From positions 288,001 through 352,000 of the forward strand of contig CAVZLN010000006.1 in assembly GCA_963776245.1 (NCBI GenBank): a stretch of 64,000 bases of DNA, given 5' to 3'. The DNA is from Candidatus Eiseniibacteriota bacterium (GTDB lineage Bacteria > Eisenbacteria > RBG-16-71-46). The position numbers and the translations under genes were made by a program. The notes beneath the pieces were generated by a model. That model worked only from the letters and a program-made list of their open reading frames with translations, did not search any database and was not told the origin of the DNA. Shown piece by piece: positions 20,504 to 30,881 of the stretch. Numbering within the stretch: the stretch's first letter is position 1; each line of letters begins with the position of its first letter.

Positions 20504-20745
20504 GCGGCCAGCCCCGTGGCGCGCGACGCGCCGGGCAGCGTCATGACCGCACGCAGGAATTCCCAGTAGCGGCGCTGCTCGCGGCAGCGGCGCAGCGCGA
20601 GGTCGAGACCGAGGCGCGAGAGCCGGCGCTCCTCCTCGCGCAGCGAAGCGAGCGCGGCGTCCAGCGCGTCGAGGCGCGCGCCTTCGCCCGCGGGCACCTC
20701 GCGGCGCGGATCGGCGGACGGCGTCACCGGCGGGCGGCGGTTCAC
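20500..20745 (-). CDS. Small helical hypothetical protein (81 aa)
   Basis: GTGA overlaps at both ends; LDAALASLREEERRLSRLGL...RRYWEFLRAV. Confidence 0.55.
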   Translation of the reverse strand: MNRRPPVTPSADPRREVPAGEGARLDALDAALASLREEERRLSRLGLDLALRRCREQRRYWEFLRAVMTLPGASRATGLAA

Positions 20746-21059
20746 GACGCCCTCCGCAGCCGCGCGACGCCGACCGCGGCGCGTGCGGCGCGACGCGAAC
20801 CGAGACCGTGATAGGCGCGCGTCAGCTCGGCGAGCAGCGCGCGATAGCGGGCGGTGATGCTGGCCTCGGGCAGCCGCAGCGCGCGCGCGGCCTCGGCCGG
20901 GGTCAGGCGCTCGACCAGCAGCAGGGCGAGCATCATGCGCTCGCGCGGCGCGCAGTGTTCGAGCGCGTCGAGCAGGCGGCGCCGGATCACGCTGTCGGCG
21001 AGCGCGGGCCCGTCCGCGGGCGGGCGGCGCGGCGGCGGCGCGGCGCCGGCAGTCCTCAC
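20742..21059 (-). CDS. Stand-alone sigma-70 region 4 (HTH) protein
   Basis: LLDALEHCAPRERMMLALLLVERLTPAEAARAL; coupled to both neighbours. Confidence 0.65.
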   Translation of the reverse strand: MRTAGAAPPPRRPPADGPALADSVIRRRLLDALEHCAPRERMMLALLLVERLTPAEAARALRLPEASITARYRALLAELTRAYHGLGSRRAARAAVGVARLRRAS

Positions 21060-21458
21060 GCGGCCTTCCGCGGCGCGGGGCGGTACGGCGCGCGGCGCGG
21101 TCGAGGGCCAGGCGCACCGAGCGGCGGAGCGCGTCCATCGGGAACGGTTTCGGGAAGCACTCGGCGACCCCCGCCGCGCGCAGTTCGCGCAGCGTCTCGG
21201 GCGCGGCGTAGGCGGTGAGGATCACCACCGGCTGGGCGTGGCGACCACGGCCGTAGCTTGCGCGCGAGGTCGAGCCCGCTCATCCCGGGGAGCTTCGAGG
21301 TCGGAGATCACGAGGTCGCTGTGTCCGCCGTTGCGCAACCAGCCCCACGCCTCTTCGGCGGAGCGGAACGCGTCGATCGTGAACCCGTCGTCCGAGAGCC
21401 CTTCGGAAAGGGCCCAGGAGGTGGTGGGCTCGTCTTCGACGATCAGGATGTGGGGCAT
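21056..21458 (-). CDS. Single-domain response regulator (frameshifted)
   Basis: ILIVEDE, DLVISD, PGMSGLDL, VILTAY, PKPF across frames. Confidence 0.8.
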
Positions 21459-21497
21459 GGCGAGGCTCTCCGGGGTGAGGTCGCGGAGAACCCGTTT

Positions 21498-21513
21498 TGC
21501 AGTCGTCGTGCCA
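21498..21513 (-). promoter_or_regulatory. sigma54 (-24/-12) promoter
   Basis: TGGCACGACGACTGCA, exact GG-N10-GC spacing, about 40 nt upstream of the response regulator ATG. Confidence 0.8.
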
Positions 21514-21787
21514 GAGGTGGACGGCGGGCGCCGCAGGGCGGCCGTCGGGGTGGTCGCGGGGGCGAAGTGCGCCGGGATGGCGGCTGCATCCGGTTCGAGG
21601 TCAGCGGGTTAGCGCGGCACCTCAGGTGCCGCTGGGCCGCTGGGAATCGCTGTCCGGGGCGCCGGCCGCGGGGGCGTCGGCTCCGGGCGCGTCCCGCGTC
21701 TCAGAACGCCCGCTCAAGCGCGTTCCGCATGGTCACGCGCTCCGACCGTAACTGGCCGGCGGGCGAGCCGGAAGCGGCCGGCAGGGC

Positions 21788-23204
<1,417 letters not shown>

Positions 23205-24460
23205 GACGTTTCTCCACCGGGAAGTTGAGGAGCAGGGTCGTGCCGCGTCCTTCGCGGGTCGCCACCTCGATGGCGCCGCCGTGCTCCTGCATGATGGTCT
23301 GCGAGATCGCGAGCCCGAGTCCGGTCCCGCGCGACTTGGTCGAGAAGAACGGATCGAACATCTTCTCGAGCACCCCGCGCGGGATGCCGGGGCCGGTGTC
23401 GATGACGCGCACCTGCTGGAACTCGATGCGCGTGGCGTGCTCGCGGGCCCGGTGCCGCGATCGTCGGCCGCGCCGGCCCGGTCCGCGCGGCGGGGCGCGG
23501 CGGCGCACCTTGCGCACCTCGTAGCGCAGCGTGCCACCGGCCTCCATGGCCTGCACCGCGTTGAGGCTGATGTTGAGCAGCACCTGCTGCACCAGGTCGG
23601 GGTCGATGTAGAGCGTGCCCAGCCGCGGCGCGACGTCGCGCTCGACCGTCACCCGGGCCTGCGCGATCGGCTCGGCGAGCAGCTCGACCACGCGGTCGAC
23701 GCACGCGCCGAGCTCGGCGGGGCGCAGCTCGGGGGTGCGCGGGCGCGCGTACTGGAGCAGGCTGGCGACGATGCGGTCGAGCCGCGCCACCTCGTCGAGG
23801 ATGACCTGCACGAAGCGCGCGCGGTCGTCGCGGGGCTCGAATCGGCGCAGCAGCACCTGCGCGCTGGTGCCGATGCCGGCGAGCGGGTTGCGGATCTCGT
23901 GGGCCACGCCCGCGGAGAGCTGGCCGAGCGTGGCGAGGCGCTCCTTGCGCCGCAGCTCCTCCTGCAGGCGGCGGGTGCGCGTCAGGTCGTGGAGCACGAT
24001 CAACGCCCATCCCGGACGGTCCGAGCCGGGTGCCGTGCAGCAGCACCGGCACCTCCACCCCGCCCTCGCCGAGCAGCACGGTCTCGCGTTCGATGCGCGC
24101 GCGGCGCGCGAGGTCGCCCGACCGGGTCGTCGCCCGGCACGCATGCTGCGGAACAGCTCGCCGGCGGCGCGCCCGCGGGCGCGCGCCGCGCGCACGCCGA
24201 GCAGGCGCGCGGCCACCGGATTGAGCATGGCGACGCGGCCGCGCGGCGTCGAGCAGCACGACTCCGGCTTCGACGTCGGACATGAGTGCCCTGAACAGGG
24301 CATCGGGCGGCGGCATCCGTACCGCCGGGGCGCGCGGGGCGCGCTTCACGGGCATGACCGCTCCATGGCGCGGGCAGTATAGCCGCGCGGAGCCCATGGG
24401 CGATAGCGCCGTGATGCGGGTCGTGTGGCCGGAGCGGGCCGGGTGCGCGCGGCGCGCGGC

Positions 24461-24652
24461 TCAGCGGCGGCGCAGTTCCTCGAGGAGTTCGTCGACCAGC
24501 CGCGACTTCACGTCGTCGCGGTCGTACCAGCCGGCCGCGACGCGGGCCCGGGCCGTGGCGATGTGGGGCCAACGGATGTACTCGTCGATGCGCGCGGGCG
24601 CCTGGGCCGGGACGGCTGCCGGGCCGCGGGTGGAGCGTGAGGACGGGGTCAT
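24461..24652 (-). CDS. FlgM-like anti-sigma-28 factor (63 aa)
   Basis: [32 protein letters not shown] resembles the FlgM C-terminus; SD GAGGA; follows csrA under a sigma28 promoter. Confidence 0.65.
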   Translation of the reverse strand: MTPSSRSTRGPAAVPAQAPARIDEYIRWPHIATARARVAAGWYDRDDVKSRLVDELLEELRRR

Positions 24653-24975
24653 CGTTCCTCGACGCGGTCCGCGCGGGGACGCCGTGCGCGAGGAGCGCGC
24701 CGCGCCCACGACGGTCGGCCGCCGGTCGTCATCGCCCGGACGTTCAGAGCTTCCCGTTCGGATCCGCGCGGTCCGGGCGGGGTGTCGATCTTGGTTCCCT
24801 GCGCGCGACGGTTCTCTTCCTGGATGCGCGCGTAGATCTCCTCCCGGTGCACCTTGACCTCGGGTGGCGCCTCGATGCCGAGCTTGACCTGGCCGGAGCG
24901 GACCTCGAGCACGGTGATCTTCACCGTGTCCCCGATCCGGATGTTCTCTCCTAACTTCCTTGTTAGGACCAGCAT
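24649..24975 (-). CDS. csrA: Carbon storage regulator CsrA with C-terminal extension
   Basis: [16 protein letters not shown]...[20 protein letters not shown]. Confidence 0.95.
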   Translation of the reverse strand: MLVLTRKLGENIRIGDTVKITVLEVRSGQVKLGIEAPPEVKVHREEIYARIQEENRRAQGTKIDTPPGPRGSEREALNVRAMTTGGRPSWARRAPRARRPRADRVEER

Positions 24976-25030
24976 CTTCCTGAGTTCCTCCGCTCCTTGC
25001 CGGGGCCGGAGGGCGCCCGGACAGTCAGCG

Positions 25031-25057
25031 TATCGGCATGCGTCGCATGCCTCTTGA
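25031..25057 (-). promoter_or_regulatory. sigma28 promoter of csrA-flgM
   Basis: TCAA-N16-GCCGATA. Confidence 0.75.
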
Positions 25058-25162
25058 GGCGAGAATAGACACATCCGGGGCCGGCGGCCAAGTGAGGACT
25101 CGCGCTTGACACCGCTGCGAGCGCTTGCGAGCCTGCAGCCGACCACTCCTCCGGAGGTGCGC

Positions 25163-27626
25163 ATGGAACGTGGCTGGCCTTCGCACCTGCTGTCATGGCT
25201 TCTCGTTCCGGCGGTCGCCCTGCTCGTGGCGTCGGCCCTGAGCCTGCCCCGGCGCGGGTACACCGGACTGGTGCCGCGCGGCGACGTGATCGAGAACGTC
25301 GATCCCGGCAGCCCGGGCGCGCGCGCGGGAGTGCGGCCGGGCGACCGCCTCGCTCCCACCCGCGCCGGCGAGGCCCCCGACGCGCCGCTCGTGGCGGCCA
25401 CGCCCGGGCGCCCGCTGACCCTCGTGCTCGAACGCGGCGGCGCGCAGCGGCGCGTCTGGCTCGCGCCCGAGACCCTGCCGCCGGGCGACTGGCGCAAGCG
25501 GGTCGGCCAGCTGCTGGTCGCCGCGGGATTCGTGCTGCTCGGCGGCTGGGTGTGGAGCGAACGACGCGATCCGCTGACGCGCGTCTTCCTGCTGTTCTGC
25601 CTGTCGTTCGCGGTGATGCTGGTGCCCCCTCCGGCTTTCGGGTCCGTCCACGTCACGCGCATCCACGAGCTGGCGATGACGGCCGCGCAGCTGTTCCTGC
25701 CCGCGCTGTTCGTCCACTTCTTCGCGCTGTTCCCCGAGTCGCGCGGCCCGCGCGGAGCGCTCGGCGCCACGGTGAGCGTGGGCTACGGGGTGGCGACCGT
25801 GCTGTTCGTCGCCGCCATCGCCCTCGAGGCGGTGCGGCTGGCGCGCCCGAGCACCGCCCAGGACGCCCTCGACGCGCTCCACATCTCGGCCGGAGCGTGG
25901 TTCGTGATGGGCCTGCTGTGGGCCCTCGCGCTGTTCGCCCGCTCCTATCTGCGCGCCGGCCCCCCCGACGCGCGCCGGCGGCTGCGCGTGGTGCTCGCCG
26001 GCACCGCGCTCGGCGTGATCCCGCTCGCGGGTCTGGTGGCGCTGCGCAACCTGGCGCCGGGCGTGGCGCTGCCGGGCGAGCGCTGGTCGCCGCTGCTCAC
26101 GCTGCTGGTGCCCGCGTCGTTCGCGTGGGCGATCGCGGTGCACCGCATCTTCGACTTCCGCGTCGCGCTGCGCGCGGGCATCGGCGCGCTGCTGGTGGCC
26201 GCGCTCTCGGGCGCGGCGTACGTCGTCGGCGAACGCATCGCGGCGGTGCGGCGCCCCGACCTCTCGGGCGGCATGGGCGGCGCCGCGCTCGCGTTCGTCA
26301 TCGCGGCGCTGGTGGTGGCGGGGCCGGTGCGCCGGCGCCTGCGGGTGCTCACCGGCGGCGAGGGCGGTGAGCGGCCGCTGGCCGAATGGACCGGGCACCA
26401 CCCGTTCGGGCACGACACCTCGGACTCGATCCTGTGCTCGGCGTGCGAGGTGCTCCATCAGGCGCTGCGCCTCGACGGCAGCGCCGTGCTGGTGCCGTCC
26501 CGTGGCGAGGGCCTGGTGGCGGCGAGCGCGGGGGCCTCGCCGGCGGTGCTGCTCGAACGCCTGCCGCTGGACCTCGCCGCCGGCCGGGTGGCGGCGCTCG
26601 AGGACGCGGCGCTCGAGCCCGCCGACCGCGCCGCGCTCGAGGACGCGGGCGCGCGCTGGCTGCTGCCGGTGGGCGAGGCCCCGGCGCGCGCCCTGTTCGT
26701 GCTCGGGCGCCGGCTCGCGGGCTCGTGGCTCGACCACGCGGAGATGGCCGAGCTGCAAGCGCTTCGCCGCTCGCATCGAACTGGCGCTCGAGAACGCGGC
26801 GCTGCGGCGCGAGGCGAGCACGCATGGCCGGCTCGACCGCTCGCTGCGCGAGGCGGGCGCGATCCAGGCGCATCGCCTGCCGCGGCGCGCGCCGGTCTTC
26901 CCCACGCTCGACTGCGCGGCCGCCGCGCTCTCGAGCGAGGCGGTGGGCGGCGACTACTACGACTTCGTCGAGGGACCGTCGCGCGATTTCACGCTCGCCG
27001 TCGGGGACGCGGCCGGGCACGGCGTCCCCGCGGCGCTCGTGCTCGCCGACGTGCAGGCGCGCTTCCGTGCCGCCGCCCAGCGTGGCCAGGCCCCGAGCGA
27101 GGTGCTCGCCGCGCTCAATCACGAACTGGTGCGCCACGGCGAGCCCGAGCACTTCGTGGGCCTGCTGTGCGCCCGGGTCGAGGCGCGCGAGGGCCGGGTG
27201 TGGATCGCCAACGCCGGCATCACCCCACCGGTGCTCCGCCGCCGCGACGGCACCACCAGCCAGCTGCTGGCGGGCGGGGTGCTGCTCGGGGTGCGCGCGG
27301 GCTCGGACTACCCCGAGGTGTGCGTCCAGCTCGCCGCCGGGGACCTGCTGGTCATCCACACCGACGGCCTCACCGAGGCCCGGCGGGGCGAGGAGATGTT
27401 CGGCGACGAGCGCGTCCGGGAGGTGCTCGACGCCCACGCCCACCGCCGGGCGGCCGACATCGTGCAGGCCCTGTTCGAGGCGGTGCGGGAGTTCGCCGAC
27501 ACCCCGCTCGACGACATCACGGTCCTGGTGCTGCGCCAGCTCACCGGGGGGCCCTCCGCCCCGGCCCCGGGCGGCCCGATCCCCACGCTCATGTCCACCG
27601 ACCTGCTGGCCGATACCGAGGGGTGA
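25163..27626 (+). CDS. Membrane PDZ/GAF/PP2C (SpoIIE/RsbU-type) phosphatase (frameshift near 26760)
   Basis: [19 protein letters not shown], multiple TM helices, VGGDYYD, GDAAGHG, HTDGLTE, DDIT. Confidence 0.88.
27589..27615 (+). promoter_or_regulatory. Candidate sigma28 promoter within the 3' end of the phosphatase gene
   Basis: TCAT-N16-GCCGATA, same spacing as the other two sites. Confidence 0.55.
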
Positions 27627-27810
27627 GGCGGAAGGATCGCCTCGGCGCCCGCGACCGGTCGTCACGGGCAAGTCCCCAAGGGACTGCGCAGGACGCGCGA
27701 AGCGGAGGTGGACGATGGAGCTCGCCGTGGTTCTGGTGCTCCTGGATCTGCTCTGGTGGATCCGCCGCTAGGCCGAAAGGCCTGAATCATCCGGGCCCGC
27801 GGCGGGCCCG
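27622..27810 (+). ncRNA. Candidate GGA-rich CsrA-binding RNA (CsrB/RsmZ-like sRNA or regulated leader)
   Basis: 9 GGA in 27630-27760, hairpins with AAGGA and AGGAC loops, GAAA-tetraloop hairpin, GC-rich 3' hairpin. Confidence 0.45.
27715..27771 (+). CDS. Putative 18-aa hydrophobic peptide MELAVVLVLLDLLWWIRR
   Basis: Strong SD GGAGGT 5 nt before ATG; single-TM-like with basic C-terminus. Confidence 0.4.
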   Translation: MELAVVLVLLDLLWWIRR

Positions 27811-28608
27811 CGGGGCGCGGCAAGCGCCCCAGCGAGCTCCCGCGCCAGTGTGAGCACGCGATCAGCGGAGCCCCGCTGCGGGTCTTCGGACACGGCGCGC
27901 ATGAACGCCGCCCCCACGATGACGGCGTCGGCGACACCGCTCGAGCGCGCGCGCCTGGTCCGCGTTCGAGATCCCGAATCCCACCGCCACCGGCAGGGCG
28001 GCGCGCGCGCGCAGCGCGGCCACGCGCTCGGGCAGCGCCCCGCTCCAGCCTCCCGCGGCACTCCCGGTGACGCCGGTGCGCGCGAGGCAGTACACGAACC
28101 CCCGGCAACGCGCGAGCAGCAGCGGCACGCGCGCGGCCGCGGTGGTCGGCGCGACCAGCAGCACGGTGTCGAGGCCCGCCGCGTCGAACGCGGCCCACGC
28201 CTCGGGCGACTCCTCGGGCGGCAGATCGGAGACGATCAGCCCATCCACGCCCGCCGCGCGCGCGGCCGCCGCGAACTCGGCGGCCCCGGCCCGCACCACC
28301 GGATTGGCGTACGTCATCACCACCACCGGCAGGTCCGACTCGCGCCGCAGGGCGCGCACCACCTCGAACGCCTGCTGGGCTCCCACCCCGCGCGCGAGCG
28401 CCCACTCGGACGAGCGCTGGATCTCGGGACCGTCGGCGATCGGGTCGGAGAACGGGATGCCGATCTCGAGCGCGAGCACGCCGGCCCGCGCCAGCCCGCG
28501 CGCCATCTCGAGGGTGTCCTCGAGCGAGGGGTAGCCGGCCGTCAGGTACGGGATGAGCCCGGTCCGCCCGCGCCACGCCTGGAACGCGGGACCGATGCGG
28601 CTGGGCAT
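27768..28608 (-). CDS. trpA: Tryptophan synthase alpha chain (frameshift near 27940)
   Basis: PYLTAGYP, EIGIPFSDPIADGPEIQ, MTYANP, DLPPEE, GVTG, VGFGIS, ADAVIVG. Confidence 0.93.
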
Positions 28609-28630
28609 GCGGGTGGGAGCGCGGGCGGGG

Positions 28631-29087
28631 CTACGGCAGCCAGCGCGGCTGAGCGTATCCCAGGCCGCCGTACTGCAGCGGCGAGCGCAGCTGATGGTAC
28701 TCGAAGGAGAACTGCGGTGTTCCCGCGCGGCTGCCAGTCCATCCGCAGCCCTTCGAGGAAGAACGGGTTCCTGCCCGAGGCGGCCGCGTCCGGGCCCCAG
28801 CTGTTGCCGAGGCTCACGCTCAGGGCGAACGGAGCGCGGAACTGATAGCTGAGGCTGGTCACCTGGAGCGCGTCGGTGCCGCGGCCCGAGAACCCCCCGA
28901 CCGTGACCGACGTCGAGACGTGCAGGCGCTGCGGATCGATCCAGGACGACGCGCGAGCGAGCGCGCTGGTGGGCACCGGAGGACGCCACGCGCCGAGCGA
29001 CGGGGCGCCGGACTGCCAGGATTGCGCGCTCGCGGGAACCGCCGCGAGGGCGAGCACGAAGGCGCACAGCACGATGTTCTGGCGCAT
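28631..29087 (-). CDS. Secreted beta-rich hypothetical protein (frameshift near 28715)
   Basis: Signal peptide MRQNIVLCAFVLALAAVPASA; alternating beta-strand pattern. Confidence 0.6.
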
Positions 29088-29093
29088 GGGTCG

Positions 29094-29123
29094 ATAATGA
29101 TAACCGCGCGCCGCCCCTGTCAA
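29094..29123 (-). promoter_or_regulatory. sigma70 promoter, nearly leaderless transcript
   Basis: TTGACA-N18-CATTAT, 6 nt before ATG 29087. Confidence 0.5.
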
Positions 29124-29161
29124 TGGCGACGGGGAGGCGCGGGTCCAGAGGGTGCAAAAGG

Positions 29162-30424
29162 TCAGGCGGCCTGTTCGTCCTCACCGAAGACGATGCGCAG
29201 CACGATCTCGCACGAGCTGTCGCGCGGCACCCGGATGGGGATGACGACCGGCTTGCGGCCCGGGTGAGCGGACGTCTGGGGCGCGGCCGCTTCCACCGCC
29301 CGCTCGGCCGGAGCGGGGACCACCACCGGGATGGTCCTCGTGACCGGCTCCCGCCGGCTCTCATGCGCGGGCTCGGGCATCGGCTCGGGACGCGTCGAGG
29401 TCTCGAAGTGCGCCACCGGCCGGGGGCGCGCCATGGGCGTGGGAGGCTCGGTGGTCTCCGGGCGCGCCGCGCCGACCGGCGCGTGCGGGGCGGGGACTCC
29501 CGCGCGGGGCGCCGGGGGCGGCGCGCTGGAGCGCGGAGCGGACGGCGCGGCGGCGGCGTGAGCCGCCACCGGAGCGGGCGGCGCCTTCGTCGGCGGCGGC
29601 GGCTCGAGCGCCTGCATCGCGTCGGGCAGCTCGATCTCGCGGCCGTAGTCCACGGCGCCGCGGCCGACCTCCATCACGGGAACGGGCGTCTCCGGCAGCT
29701 CGCGCTGGAGCGCGTGACCGCCCATACCGGGCAGCGCGGCCGGCTGGAAGGCGGCCTCGGCCGCGCGCGCGGGCCCCGGCTTGACCATTTCCTCCGGCGC
29801 CGCGGGGCGCGGCGCGGTGGTCGCGCTGGTGCGCCGCAGGTCCTTGGTCACCTTCTCCATCAGCAGGTGCGAGATGCCGCGGAAGGTCTCGAACACGCCC
29901 TTGCCCTGGGTCGCGACCGCTTCGAAGAACGGGACCTTGCCGCCCGGGTTGAGCTCGGCGTTGAGTTCCTCGACGGAGTAGAGGTTCGGCAGGTCGCGCT
30001 TGTTGTACTGGATCACCCACGGCAGCGCGTCGAGGCTGAGGTTGTACTCGGCCAGGTTGGCGCGCAGGTTGGCGAGGCTCTCCTTGTTCTCCTCCATCTT
30101 GCCGACCTCGGAGTCGGCCACGAACACGATCGCGTCCGCGCCCTTGAGCACCAGCTTGCGCGTGGCGTTGTAGAACACCTGGCCGGGGACCGTGTAGAGG
30201 AGGAAGCGCGTCTTGAAGCCCATGATCTCGCCGAGATCGAGGGGCAGCAGGTCGAAGAACAGCGTGCGGTCGGACTGCGTCTTCATGCTCACCATCTTGC
30301 CGCGGCTGGTCTCGGGGACCGCCTCGTAGATGGATTCGAGGTTCGTCGTCTTCCCGCTCAGGCCGGCGCCGTAGTACACCAGCTTGGCGTTGATCTCCTT
30401 GCCCGAATAGCTCACGACGACCAC
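29162..30424 (-). CDS. mglA: MglA-family small GTPase with long Pro/Ala-rich C-terminal extension
   Basis: EINAKLVYYGAGLSGKTTN, DRTLFFD, TVPGQ, NKRD, EAVA; SD AAGGAGG. Confidence 0.9.
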   Translation of the reverse strand: MVVVSYSGKEINAKLVYYGAGLSGKTTNLESIYEAVPETSRGKMVSMKTQSDRTLFFDLLPLDLGEIMGFKTRFLLYTVPGQVFYNATRKLVLKGADAIVFVADSEVGKMEENKESLANLRANLAEYNLSLDALPWVIQYNKRDLPNLYSVEELNAELNPGGKVPFFEAVATQGKGVFETFRGISHLLMEKVTKDLRRTSATTAPRPAAPEEMVKPGPARAAEAAFQPAALPGMGGHALQRELPETPVPVMEVGRGAVDYGREIELPDAMQALEPPPPTKAPPAPVAAHAAAAPSAPRSSAPPPAPRAGVPAPHAPVGAARPETTEPPTPMARPRPVAHFETSTRPEPMPEPAHESRREPVTRTIPVVVPAPAERAVEAAAPQTSAHPGRKPVVIPIRVPRDSSCEIVLRIVFGEDEQAA

Positions 30425-30673
30425 GGTCGATCCCTCCTTGTGCGACCCCACCCTGTCGCGAGGCAATCCCCCATGGAGCCCCTTGCCGCCCTTTCTCCAC
30501 AGGAACCTCGAGGGTGCGGTGAACCGTCCAGATAGTCGGTGCTTTCGCCGAGCCCGGACGGGCCGACGCGCACCGGATGGGGTCGCCACTCTCGTTACCG
30601 CCGCTGCGGCTCCCTGACGCGAGTCACGCCGCAATCGCCCGGCGCACCGCCGGACGTCTGCTGTCGGTGTGTC

Positions 30674-30700
30674 TATCGGCCCGGCGCCGCACGACCTTGA
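30674..30700 (-). promoter_or_regulatory. sigma28 promoter upstream of mglA
   Basis: TCAA-N16-GCCGATA. Confidence 0.72.
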
Positions 30701-30881
30701 GCGCGAAGACGGGGCGCCGGCGGAAAGGCCGCGGCGGCCGCGACGGCATGCCGAGGGGAGGTCCGGGAGGCGGGCGCCGGGGTGGCCGCCCATGGCAGGA
30801 CGGGCCCGGCCCGGGTCCCGGGCGCGCGGCCCCGCCGCGCGGGGCGGCGGGCGCGGGACGCTCCGGGGGGGTGAGCGGGGG

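Noticed and set aside
27661..27710. c-di-GMP-I (GEMM) riboswitch suggested by GGGCAA...GGGAC
   Set aside because: Lacks the GAAA-tetraloop P2 and the following GCAAAG/P3 pattern.
27715..27771. trp attenuator leader peptide (tandem Trp next to trpA)
   Set aside because: It is downstream of and convergent with trpA, not upstream on the same strand.
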